Below, in pieces: positions 10,967-23,015 of a stretch of 64,000 nucleotides of DNA. The first letter of the stretch is position 1. The number at the start of each line of letters is the position of its first letter. Both the position numbers and the translations under genes were made by a program. This DNA is from Octopus sinensis (lineage: Eukaryota): the NCBI RefSeq assembly GCF_006345805.1, contig NC_043000.1, positions 114,328,001-114,392,000 of the forward strand, in the 5' to 3' direction. The notes below the pieces were generated by a model. That model was not told the origin of the DNA and ran no database searches. It saw only the letters and a list, made by a program, of their open reading frames with translations.

Positions 10967-11365
10967 TCTTTTACTTGTTTCAGTCATTTGACCATGGCCA
11001 TGCTGGAGCACCACCTTTAGTCGAGCAAATCGACCCCAGGACTTATTCTTTGTAAACCTAGTACTTATTCTATCGGTTTCTTTTGCCGAACCGCTAAGTT
11101 ATGGGGACGTAAACACACCACCATCAGTTGTCAAGTGATGTTGGGGGGACAAACACAGACACACAAATATATATACACACATACATACATACATACATAT
11201 ATATATATATAACAGGCTTCTTTCAGTTTCCGTTTACCAAATCCACTCACAAGGCTTTGTTCAGCCCGAGGCTATAGTAGAAGACACTTGCCCAAGGTGC
11301 CACACAGGGGGACTGAACCCGGAACCATGTGGTTCGTAAGCAAGATACTTACCACACAGCCATTC
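10967..11365 (-). mobile_element. Full-length CORE-SINE
   Basis: tRNA head, CORE, (AT/GT)n linker, 3' half ending GCTCCAGCATGGCC...AAATGACTGAAACAAGTAAAAGAG. Confidence 0.88.
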
Positions 11366-12684
11366 CTTCAAGAACACTATTGCACTTGTCAATAGATTCA
11401 CCAAAGCAACTGTGACTGTTGTTGGTGTAACCATTTTCTCCACTTTTCACAGAGAGGCTAGAATTTTATAGTTATCAAAAAAAAAAAGCTACAGCTTATA
11501 ATATTTGCTTTATATCTACATGTGAATGTGTGAATATGTATATCAAAATGGTGTTTGTATGCTGTGTAATTTTGTTTATATTGAATAATTTGTTTATAAT
11601 ATTTGGGTTAATTAATCTACACATAAAATCAAGATGGAAGAATCTTGCCATGTCAGACATCAAGGTAAAGATCTTAATTCCACACAGATTAATTGAAAGA
11701 ATTCCAATGGGACTGGTAAGTCTGCTGTGAAGGTAAAATGATTAACCATTTCACAGCAAAATTAAATTCCATAGTTATACCAGTAATGAAGTTAAATAGC
11801 TACAGAAAAAACAGAATTGGGTGACATTGCTTCAATATACTTGATGCATCTCAAGAAAAAGTAATTTCAAACAAGGCATTCCTCAACAACAACAATAAAA
11901 ACAAAAAACACATTGGTTTATAAAACTGCTTTCCCCAGTTAAGAATAATGAAATTTTACAGTAAAAGAGTTAATTGGAACAGAGTGACATTTATCCCTAA
12001 TTTGGGAGAGAAGAGATTGTGTTGTACTTAGGTAAATTGTGAACGAAGTAAGCAAGACATATGTTGTTCAAATCCTAACAATGAGTTCATTGCTCTTCTG
12101 TAACCAATAATTAATATTTTCCAAATCAAACAGAAATTTCAATAAAGAACTGCGTATGGCAATGAGCTCTTTATATAAATTCGTGTCACTGACTCCTTTC
12201 ACCTAATTCTCTTAATTCATCTTATTTTTAATTATGCAAATTACCCTTTCAACCTTTGCCAATATAGAAAAATAAATGTAAACTGAAGATGGCATATGCA
12301 CACACACAGACACACACAATCATCATACATCCACTTACTATGCTGGCATGGGTTGAATGCATTGTCACTGCTCCTATAGACTGGTGCTCACACATGTCTG
12401 TCATTTGGCTTGGTTTCTACAGCTGAATGCTCTTTCAGTCACCAACCCCTTTGTAGAGTGTACTGACTGTGTTTTTGCATGCACTATGCATTAGGCTAAC
12501 TTGCATGCAGGAAAATAGGGGAACCATGTGGCTGTGCACTGATGCAGAACAGAGAGAACATTAGCAGAAAAATTTGGAGTAAATTAACAATTCCTGATCA
12601 ACTGAAGGTTGTTAATATTTTTCCAAAGTAATTTATTCAAAATATAGTGAGTGAATTTAAGCAACTGGGTTTATTCTGGATAAT

Positions 12685-12843
12685 AGGCGCAGGCATGGCT
12701 GTGCGGTAAGAAGCTGGCTTCCCAACTACATGGTACTGGGTTCAGTCCCACTGCATGGAACCTTGGGCAAGTGTTTTCTTCTATAGACTTGGTTCAACCA
12801 AAGCCTTGTGAATGGATTTGGTAGATGGAAACTGAAAGAAGCC

Positions 12844-12888
<45 letters not shown>

Positions 12889-13070
12889 TCCCCACCGCCA
12901 TCGCTTAACAACCAATGTTGATGTGTTTATGTCCCTGCAACTTAGCAGTTCAGCAAAAGGAACGAATAAAATATGTACTATGATGAGAAAGTCCTGGGGT
13001 TGATTTGTTCGACTAAAGGCGGTGCTCCAGCATGGCCACAGTCAAATGACTGAAACAAGTAAAAGAATAA
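12685..13070 (+). mobile_element. Full-length CORE-SINE
   Basis: AGGCGCAGGCATGGCTGTGCGGTAAG...GGGTTCAGTCCC...CCTTGGGCAAGTG...(TG)n...GACTGAAACAAGTAAAAGAATAA. Confidence 0.88.
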
Positions 13071-13096
13071 ATAAGCCAAAATGAGGCCACAGACTA

Positions 13097-13185
<89 letters not shown>

Positions 13186-14482
13186 CTCAATGAGCAGAAT
13201 GTAGATTTGTACTTCCAATATATATGAAGCAATTTATAGCAATGGGGGGGGGGTTCTGCTTCTCAAATGTAAGAGAAGAAGTTTATTAAACCAGCACAAG
13301 GCCATCTTTTGACTTTTCCATGGCCACCACTAGAACTTATTAACTCCACTTCATAGTACATAGCTTGTGTTTTGTCTTTGTACTCAGCAACCCAGCTAGC
13401 ATTAGCCAAGAACCAAGAACTAAACACTCTAATTTCACTTGTGTTGCTGACATTGGATATTGAGGTTAGCAGAAGTATACACCTCCTCGACTGTATGGTA
13501 ATTTCTTATCTCACAATCACATTCAATTTAGAGAGAGATATAGAAAGTTAGATACACACGCAAAATCATACAGACACACAGAAGTGCACACAGATTGCAA
13601 ACACACAAAGACAAGACAGGACATGCACGTATTGACACAGTGTCAGAAAGACACACACACAAGAGACTGACAGGCAGAAACACACACACAGAAAATCAGA
13701 TAGACACATACAGAAGGATTGTGATATATATATATCCACCCAACGCTTATGAAAGGATTTACACCTGAAAGAACCCAAGAAATTGTTGAAAGGAGTCCTA
13801 ATGACCCCATAACCATATATCCACAGATCAGTGTTTCATAACTATATTTTAGATCCCTTTGATTCCTATTTCACTCAAATGGGCCCCCACCCTGCCTAGC
13901 AATCCCATGTTTTTTAAAAAATCATCTCTTTTTATAATCAAATATTCTGACAGGCAGAAACACACACACAGAAGTATTGTGAGATATGTATGTGTGTGTG
14001 TAGGGGGGGGGGGATAGGATGTCACCAACAGTAAACAACATGAAATATGAAAACAAGTGAGTTCAATATGCAAACATTGAGAGAAACAAATGGAAAACAG
14101 GGCAAGTAACACAAAGAATGACCCTTCATCAGTTGTTGGCTGTCTATTTACTACTCATTTCGAGCATTGAACGACAATATGAGTCTTTGAAGACAGCTGC
14201 TCCCATAAATACCAAAATAAAATTGGGGATTTATGGAGGGTCAAAGTTGGGAACAAAAACAGGACAGTGGCGATATACAAGGAAACCGAATGAAAACAAA
14301 CATGGAAAGTTGTTAGACCAGAATGAGGTTAAAATAGTGAACACTGGAGAAATATTTTCTTTAATAAGAGAAAAGATAGAAGAGAGAGATATTGGATATG
14401 TGCTGTCCTTAAGACAGTCCTGAAAGAAAAGAAAAATGATCACATGAGGAAGAGAAAGATGCTAGCATAGGTTGGACAGTTT

Positions 14483-14787
14483 TTGCTTGTTCCTTCTCGC
14501 ACCATGCCTAGCTCATAAGGGCTGGTTTCTCGGTTTCCTTGGCGTATAGGTTCCCCACCTGGACAGGACGCCGGTCCGTCGCAGGTGAGCTGCAAGATGC
14601 AGGGGGAAAGAGTGAGAGAAAGTTGTGGTGAAAGAATCAGCAGAAGTTCACCATTACCTTCTGCCGGAGCTGCATGAAGCTTAGGTGTTTCGCTCATAAA
14701 CACACATATCTCCCGGTCTGAGATTCGAACCCGCAATCCCTCAACCGCATGTCCGCTGCTCTAACCACTAGGCCATGTGCCTCCACC
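14483..14787 (-). mobile_element. tRNA-SINE family D (body TGCGACGGACCGGCGTCCTGTCCAGG), 12-bp TSD
   Basis: A-box TGGCCTAGTGG, B-box GGTTCGAATCT. TSD GTTGGACAGTTT at 14471-14482 and 14788-14799. Nested in a (GAT)-family copy (about 14450-15035). Confidence 0.88.
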
Positions 14788-16534
14788 GTTGGACAGTTTG
14801 ACAGGAGTTGGCAAGGCCAGGGGATACACCAGACCCCTAAGCTGTTTTAGCTTGGTCTCTACAGTCGGATGCCCTTCTGAACACTTGGCGCCAGTACTTT
14901 TAAGGTGGCACCAGCGCTTTTAATGTGACACCAGTGCTTTTAATGACAGCAGCACCAGTGCTTTTAATGTGGCACCAACACGAAAGTTTTTAATGTGGCA
15001 CCAACATCAATGCTTTTAATGTGGCACCAGCACCAGAATCTCATGATTCTGCTAATTTATTGCCATAAATTTCTTATGATCGTATTTCAGAAGAATGTGG
15101 CGTGATGTTCACACAATTGCTAACATCTGAAAATAATTAAAGAAAGACATTCACAACAGAGGCCACCGACATTATAATTAGGTGGACAAATGACGACAGC
15201 GGAGGCAGCGGTGGTGGTGGTGGTGGTGGTGGTTGCTGCCAGCTCAAAATTCAGTTATTTCACTGATGAGGAACAAAAGCTGACCCACCTCCATACATGG
15301 TCATGCGACTATCCACCAACTAAATACTAAAATAGACGTTACACAACTATAACATATTAGAGTCTGTATATTTATGCACCTCATAAGTACTGTTTATCTG
15401 CTATGTCCAGTATTCAATCCCATTCTTAGCTGTAGACATCTTTTATGTTACCTAGCAAGCCTCCCCTCCCCCTACACCTCACATATCCCCTTCTCCCTCC
15501 CCTACACCTCACATACCCCCGTCCCCCCCTACATTACCTTTCTTCCTATCTCACATCTCCCTTCTATCTATGCTGTATGTAGACTGCATGTACCATCTAT
15601 ATACATTATATACAACCTGTGTGTATGTACACAAGGGTAGGCAAAGGTGTGTATACAGCTCGCCTAGAAATCAAAAAAAGAGGGCTTTCCAATGAACTAA
15701 GCATCCCCTGCAGACCCTTTAATCAACTTATGAATTGCTCGGGTTTTTAAAAAAATAGAGAAAAGAAAAAAACATTCCACTCATACTAAAAAATTGTATA
15801 CCTACTTTTGCCCACCCCTGTACATTGCATGCAAGTAATGTGTTAGCCTTAATTAAGAGGGCAGATGATTACGGTGGATGTGATTTCATTCATTCTGTTA
15901 TCAAGAAACAAAAGCTGACCTAGCTGTGTATATACAGTCAGGTGACTGCACACAAATTAACAATAGATGCTGTCACACATACATCTATAGTTTATTCTGA
16001 CGACCCTTTATAAAATATACACTGAAATTCCTGGATAATTAAACTGAACAGCAAAATGTAAGGGAAAGCTTATTGTGCTGTTAAATATAATGGTGACTGT
16101 ATTTTAAGATTCGAGAAAAAAAAAATGAGACCATCAATTGTCGGAGCGAGGTAAGTGACAACAAAAGGGAGGGGGCTGTATCAATGATGACAAAACCTAA
16201 TTTAATTGCCATGATCGCATTGTAATAGATTCCATAGTCAAAGTGTTTCAGTAGAAGTTATTACCAATTTTTGTCAGTTTTACAATAGCCATCATTGATT
16301 GGATAAGGAGTGCAGACACCAAATTTTCTAAATTCTAATCTAATTCAGTTTCATTCTTGTAACCTCGGGCCTACCTTGAAATCTAACTAAATAGCCTCAA
16401 GCCAATAACGAAAGCCTCTAAATGATTATTTGATCTGCTAAAAATAGTAACCAAAATTTCCTTCAAATCACATCCTACAAACTCAGAAAAAGAGAACACA
16501 TTGGATAGTATGTGTGTCCTGGGTACACTGTACC

Positions 16535-16760
16535 TATTTCTTTACTTCCAACAAGGGGCTAAACACAGAGGGGATGAACAAGGACAGACAAACAGATTAA
16601 GTCGATTATATCGACCCCAGTGTGTAACTGGTACTTATTTAATCGACCCCGAAAGGATGAAAGGCAAAGTCGACCTCGGCGGAATTTGAACTCAGAACGT
16701 AGCAGCAAATGAAATACGGTTACGCATTTCGCCCAGCGTGCTAACGTTTCTGCCAGCGCG
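16535..16760 (-). mobile_element. Young Meta-domain SINE, 17-bp perfect TSD
   Basis: CCTGGGTACACTGTACC at 16518-16534 and 16761-16777. CpGs are largely retained. It interrupts an older repeat (about 16420-16865). Confidence 0.92.
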
Positions 16761-17303
16761 CCTGGGTACACTGTACCAATGAAAAAAAAAAAAGGATGGT
16801 TACAGTGAGAATATCTTTGATCATAGGTCTAAATTAATTAGAGCAGGCCTGGGGGTTAAACAATAATTAGTTGAATTAAATTACAATAAAACAAAAGCCA
16901 TTCAATAAAAGACAATACACAGTGACACTTCTATTTTGTTGGAGAATCCAGGTTTGGGGATTTAAATTGTAAACATTCAGGTTTAGTCAAACATCATTAG
17001 ATGTTTCATCATTATTAATAGAGTTTAATTAGGTAGTAATAAAATTCTTATTCAAACAGCATCTCCCTAACATCAACAGACAAGAAATGCTAAGCTGTTG
17101 TTGTTAAGCTCAAGTCAACTTTAATCAAGCAGATCCATGATTAAAGGCAATCTAGCCATGGCCATCCCCCACTTATATTTTTTTTAAGCTAATTTCATTG
17201 ACATAATCTAATGGTTTCCAACCTCTTTTAAGATAATGCATTATTGATTTGTAATTTGGTTGCTATTCCTGACAGGTCAAAATGACTACTTACAGACTTC
17301 CTC

Positions 17304-17334
<31 letters not shown>

Positions 17335-17449
17335 CTCTCTCTCTCCTCAATTTGAAGTGTTCAATTCTGTTCCAATATGAGATAGATTAACAACACTTTA
17401 TAGAGACAGCTACTTCTGCAATTGGTACCTCTTTTCATTGCCAGCTCTT

Positions 17450-17576
17450 GTCTAGGAAGGGCATCCAGCTGTAGAAACCCTGCCAGATCAGATTGGAGCC
17501 TGGTGCAGCCATCTGGCTCACCAATCCATCATCCAACCCATGCTAGCATGGAAAGCGGACATTAACGATGATGATG
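17450..17576 (+). mobile_element. (GAT)n-tailed SINE-like family, 3' fragment
   Basis: GGAAGGGCATCCAGCTGTAGAAAC...CCCATGCTAGCATGGAAAGCGGACATTAACGATGATGATG. Confidence 0.78.
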
Positions 17577-17738
17577 TCTCTGTCTAAAGAAGGTAGCATC
17601 TTCCTACATCTATTGAATAACAAACACCCTATGCATACCTAGCTGCAAAGCATTGAACAACTGGTTGTTAAAAAGTGCCAAAACCAACTTCTTAACCACC
17701 TAGCCTTGTTTGCCATGATCAGAATACATAATAATTCT

Positions 17739-18420
17739 TGGAGGGAGTTAATTAGTCAATTACATCGATCCCAGTACTTAACAGGCAATTAGTTTTTCGA
17801 CTCTGAAATGATGAAAGGCAAAGATGACCTTGGCGGAATTTGAACTCAGGATAGAAAACTGGAAGCATTTTGTATGGAATGGTAACGATTGCACCAGCTT
17901 GTTGCGACAGGCAAAATACTAAGCATTTTGTCCAGCATGATAAGCGATTCTGCCAGCTCACTGCTTTTTTAATAATAATCCTTTCTATTGGAGGTACAAG
18001 GCCTCAAATTTGGGGGGGGGGGGGCTAGTCGATTATATCGACCCCAGTGTTTCACTGGTACTTAATTTATCAACCCTGAAAGGATGAAAGGCAAAGTTGA
18101 CATTGGCAGAATTTGAACTCAGAACATAAAGGCAGACAAAATGTTGCTAAGCATTTTGTCCAGTAAACTAACAATTCTGCCAGCGATAATAATAATAATA
18201 ATAATCTTTTCTTCTCTAGGCACAAGGCCCGAGATTTTTGAGGAGGGGGCCAGTCGATTAGATCTACCCCAGTACGCAGCTGGTACTTAATCTATTGACC
18301 CCCAAAAGGATGAAAGGTAAAGTTGACCTTGGTGGAATTTGAACTCAGAATGTAAAGACAGACGAAATACTGCCAAGCATTTCGCCCGGCATGCTAATGT
18401 TTCTGCCAGTTTGCCACCTT
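17739..18420 (-). mobile_element. Head-to-tail array of three Meta-domain SINEs joined by (TAA)n
   Basis: Three successive head/Meta-core units (about 17739-17965, 17979-18185, 18206-18420) separated by AATAATAAT runs. Confidence 0.85.
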
Positions 18421-18698
18421 TCTAATAATAATTATTATCTAATGATGATGATGATATTGAGCATTTGTGTTATGCTGAGCAGAAACATAACTGGTGATAC
18501 ATCAACAGTTCAATACAACAACTTCATTGAATAACTCTTCACATTCTTTAGTAATTCTCATAAAAATTTAATACAGAGGCACTACTCCACAACAGCATAG
18601 AAGGTATTTGTGAAACCCTATTGAGCAAAAGGGCACTGAGCTACAAAATCTGAGATACAGTACTTCAAATAAAGAAATAATGAGAAAATGGTAATTAC

Positions 18699-18843
18699 CT
18701 CAAATTGAGATGTGTTAATACTTGTAAATGGCCCACATTTTCTGGAATAGACCGGATCAAATTATGGTAACAATTTAATCTTTCTAATGACGCATACTCT
18801 CCAATTTCTTCTGGAATTTCTGTGAAACGATTTTTTGAAATGT
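18699..18843 (-). CDS. LRCH: Internal coding exon (probable exon 2) of a leucine-rich repeat and calponin-homology domain protein, LRCH family
   Basis: Minus strand reads polypyrimidine tract TTGTTTTTTGCTTTTGTTTCATTGCAG, then 145 nt, then GAG|GTAATT. It translates without a stop as (D)ISKNRFTEIPEEIGEYASLERLNCYHNLIRSIPENVGHLQVLTHLNL(S), two LxxLxLxxN repeats closely resembling the DLSRNR..EIP.....SLE.LNLYHN.IR.IPE....L..LT.LNLS segment of LRCH proteins. Intron phases are 1 and 2. The LRR exon is near certain; the LRCH assignment comes from recalled family sequence. Confidence 0.88.
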
Positions 18844-20033
18844 CTGCAATGAAACAAAAGCAAAAAACAAATCAATGATGAATGAACAAAAGGAAAAGTA
18901 GGTCTGTAACAAAGACAATTGAAGAATACCGAAGGAAAATTTGGACCTTCTGGATCTTACTTCCTGTAGTTGCAGTTTGTTGGGTAAAAAAAAATTATAT
19001 TTTTCTACCAAAGGTATGGGAAACGCTATGAATATTAATGGAGGCGAAATAACTAAAGTGTAGATGAAGCGGATAAAGTTGAGGGAGTTTTTATTTCTAC
19101 TGGCAACATATACAAGTATCATAAAAATCTTTCCTTTACTCAGAAAGTGAATGGAAGATTGCATGATGCTTGTTGTGTATGTTCATTGTTGCATAACAGA
19201 AACGACAGGCGTGAAATATGGAGGATATTTGATGGTTGGAATGAAATGAGTGAGCTAGCCTTAGCAGGATGTTGATTGCATAGAAATGAAAGAAAGAAAA
19301 AAAAAAGGTGGATATAAGAGGAACCAGATATGTGAAAAAAACTAGACTAGATGATGGCAGTTGGGTAAAGCAGTGGCTAGAAACATGAAGAAAGAGGAAG
19401 GAATGGTAAGATGTGACAAAAACCAGGCACAGGAGGGAAATGACAGAGAAATGAAACAAACAGCAAAACAGAAAACTGGAGACAACCTGGCCAATTCAAG
19501 CAACACATATGTTGTTGTTGTTCTTGGTGGTGGTGAGGAGACAGTGATGATAATGATGACAGTGACATAAGAACATGGCAGAATTATAAAACTTTAATTA
19601 CAACCTTGATATCAGGCAAAGAATCTCTTCAGCTACATTACACAGAGTAGCTCTCTCTCTGAGAAAACATAATCAGATCTAATCAAACTCATCAACGCAT
19701 TGGAATCTGGTAATATTTATCTCAAAAGTGAAAAATAAACATTGATGAATTTCTCCAGTATATATTTAATTAGAAGATTTTTAATAAATTGGAAACATTT
19801 TTAGTCAGAAATTCTTTGAAATACATGCACAGAATTTCTGGATTGAAAAAAAAAATTATGCCAAACTAAAGTTTCCTTAACGACCATACTACAAGGCCAG
19901 TGGAGACAGGTTGGTTAGACCATGTTACTTTGTAAGGACCACAGGGCCAATTTCTATGGTATATATATACTTCCTCCCTGGACGGAAGAAGTATATAGAG
20001 AAATTTTTAAAACTGAGCAGTATGTTTGTATAT

Positions 20034-20096
<63 letters not shown>

Positions 20097-20351
20097 TGTA
20101 TATAAGGGTACAGGACATCACCAAAAGTGCAAATGACATGAATTACGTAAACAAATGAGGGGAAAATTAATGAAATACATAAACAATGAGAAAAAAATGG
20201 AAAACAGGACAAGTTAACACAGAGAAAGGACTTGTCATCAGTTGTCGGCTGTCTATCTACTCCTCATTTCGAGCATTCAAGATATATATATATATTGGTA
20301 AAAATGGTAAGATAACAAAACAAAGAGACCTCAATATTATGTAAATAGAGG

Positions 20352-20395
<44 letters not shown>

Positions 20396-20626
20396 GGGGG
20401 GGGGGAGAAAGAGAGATACAATCAGTTGAAGAAGTAAATATACAGATGTGAAAATACAAAAGTTTATGCTTTGTGAATATAAAACTATGTTGAGAATACT
20501 AATCTGAGATTATTCAAACAGGCTCAACTTTTCTGTCTTAAAATGATACCAAAATCAAAGTAGAACTAATATATTTTTATCCATTACAGTTAATTATTAT
20601 TGTTATAATTATTGTCATTGTTAGTT

Positions 20627-20830
20627 AGTCAAGTGAGCTGGCAGAATCATTAGCATACTGGACAAAATGTTAGAGACATTTCTCTTCCAGCTCTTTATAT
20701 TTTGAGATCAAATTCCATCACGGCTGACTTTGTCTTTCATTCTTTCAGGGTTGATACAATAAGAACCAATTAACACTGGAGTCAATATAATAAATTCACC
20801 CTCCCCTAAAAACTGCTGGCCTAGGGCCCC
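20627..20830 (+). mobile_element. Diverged Meta-domain SINE
   Basis: GTGAGCTGGCAGAATCATTAGC...GAGATCAAATTCC...GACTTTGTCTTTCATTCTTTCAGGGTTGATA. Confidence 0.75.
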
Positions 20831-21122
20831 ACCACACGCTTTTAACAAGGTAGGGCAGGTTGTGTTCTTCTGTCTAGTGGCTACGGTAAAAGAAGTTGTG
20901 TAGTGGCCAAGGCTGAAAAGAGTGAGGAAAGACACCTTCCTCTTGGTGGGACTTTTTAAAGTCCTTCGCCGTCAGGGTAATCCTGGATCCGTGGGGTTCC
21001 TTGATTGGCCCTAATTGGAGTTTACTCCTGTATCAGGAGGATTGCATCATTCATACTACCACATGGTTTGTGTACTATATATACTTCATCGCATTTCACT
21101 GTCACATTCATTTCTTTCTTTC

Positions 21123-21400
21123 CATCATCATCGTTTAACATCCGTTTTCCATGCTGGCATGGGTTGGATGGTTTGACTGAGGTCTGGAGAGCCAGTAGCT
21201 GCACCAGGCTTCAATCCGATCTGGCAATGTTTCTACAGCTGGATGCCCTTCCTAATGCCAACCACTCTGAGAGTGTAGTGGGTGCTTTTTACATGCCACT
21301 GGCACAGGAGCCAGTCAGGTGGGCCTGGCATCGATCACGTTTGGATAGTGCTTTTTATGTGCGACCTGCACGGTGGCCAGTCAGTGAGTACTGGCATCCT
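21123..21400 (-). mobile_element. (GAT)n-tailed SINE-like family
   Basis: CATCATCATCGTTTAAC.TCCGTTTTCCATGC...CTACAGCTGGATGCCCTTCC on the plus strand. Confidence 0.8.
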
Positions 21401-22570
21401 TTATGTAAATCCCCACACAAATTGTTGTGTGCCCTTGTGATGTCCCCCTCATCTATGCCCCAGTGGCTAATAAAAGAAATTATTATTATTATTATTCCTA
21501 CTACTACTACACATCTAATAATATTTCCAGCAATACATTTTTCAATAACATAAGTATTATTCCAATACCATGAAGCTAATTTTGTTTTAATAAACATCTT
21601 TCCTCTCCACAAAAAACACTCCTCTCTAGAAATTTTGCCAGCCCTCTTCCAAAACAGACAAAACACTAATTTACAATAATGACCGGAAGAAATATCCCAA
21701 GGACAAGCTGTATTAGTTAACTGTCATTAAAACTGAGTTTGGTGCCAAAGTTGATGTAGCAAAATTCTTGAAATAGCAGCATATTGTTACATTGCTTCTA
21801 ATAGATAATATAAATCTATTAAACTAAACTTACATTGACAGTGGGGAAGGGGTTAAAATAATTCTATAAACCTGAATAATTGAGATGGTTTGATAGGAGT
21901 GGGGAGTAGTGCTAAGGGTAGTGGTGGGAGGAAGAGGAATCAAGTATCATCAGTTACTAAATCTGACCTGTCTGTTATCTAGAATAATTTATAATTTATA
22001 TACTGGACTATAATTTATATATAGTCCCCAGTTTATCACCACCATCAAGTGGTCCTTTGAATGTCCCAGAGATGTAGACTTGGTCCATAGCAGAGTCCAC
22101 TTAGTTGCAAATACCTTTAGACCAGGTCCCTTCCCCACCCACATTTCTCCTGTATAAACACTGACCTCCTGTATTTCAGGCTGGACATGAGCAACATTTA
22201 TCTCCAACAAGACTCAGAGTGTACAAGACCCCAGAGACTGATCCTTCTGGGTGGGTGTGAGAACTGGACTCTTACAGCTGACTTGGAGTGCACAAGGGTG
22301 AACAAATAAGCATTGCATTTGACTAAATAATCCAAATGCTAAAAGGTTAAACATCTTAACCATTTGACCGTCTTGGATGTATTCTCAAGTATGCAGAAAC
22401 ACAAAAATTAATTTTATTTCTTTATATACCACAGCCAAACTAGGGCACTACGTCAAGGGGCTTCAGTCATTAAATTCATCATGGTGCTTTGCCTATTACT
22501 AAAGAATGGAAGCTAAAGACAGGCCTTTGCATAAAAGACATAATTTGAGTACATTACTTAAAACTACATG

Positions 22571-23015
22571 CAGGGCCAGATTAAGGCCCATAGAGGCCCT
22601 AAGCACTTAAAAGATTTTTGTGCCCTCAAGTATGTGTAAACGGTTCAAAATGTAAACAAAAATGATTCAAAATGTAAACAATAATAAACCATAAAATAAA
22701 TTTTTGTTTTTCAAAATGAAACAAAATTAACAGTAAGATGGAAAATAATGTTTATTTTTGTATCCTTCCACTTTATGTATATTTGAAAAGTTTTCTCTTT
22801 TTTATTCATTGCAAAGTGTTCGAGGATATTGTTAAAATTAATTTTACATAAAACTTCTGCTTCTATACTGAGAAGAGATAAGGCATTACGAATATTATTT
22901 TAGCAAGTTTAAAGTGATTTCTTTCATGCCGTAGACCATGTTCATTTCTGTGGTGTCCCCGTCCCTTGGTGCCCTAAGCACATGCTTATTTTGCTTAATG
23001 CTTAATCCAGCGCTG
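22571..23015. mobile_element. hAT-type MITE, 445 bp, perfect 8-bp TSD
   Basis: Termini CAGGGCCAGATTAAG and CTTAATCCAGCGCTG. TSD ACTACATG at 22563-22570 and 23016-23023. Confidence 0.88.

Noticed and set aside
14090-14185. CTGATGAAGGG motif on the minus strand as a hammerhead (related copy at about 20195-20285)
   Set aside because: No GAAA follows a closing stem II; the CGAAA lies upstream without matching stems. It is a repeat fragment of uncertain type.
15070-15145. Minus-strand acceptor (TTTCTTTAATTATTTTCAG) followed by DVSNC..., considered as a further LRCH exon
   Set aside because: All frames stop quickly, there is no LRR pattern or donor, and it does not match the expected next exon (RNQL...NNKL).
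18784-19164. 126-aa minus-strand ORF overlapping the LRR exon
   Set aside because: It is in a different frame from the LRR peptide and runs through the polypyrimidine tract. The spliced exon explains the region.
20830-21110. GC-richer segment considered as a LINE 5' UTR with an HDV-like ribozyme
   Set aside because: I could not build the nested double pseudoknot by eye, and there is no adjacent ORF. An RNAMotif search would be needed.
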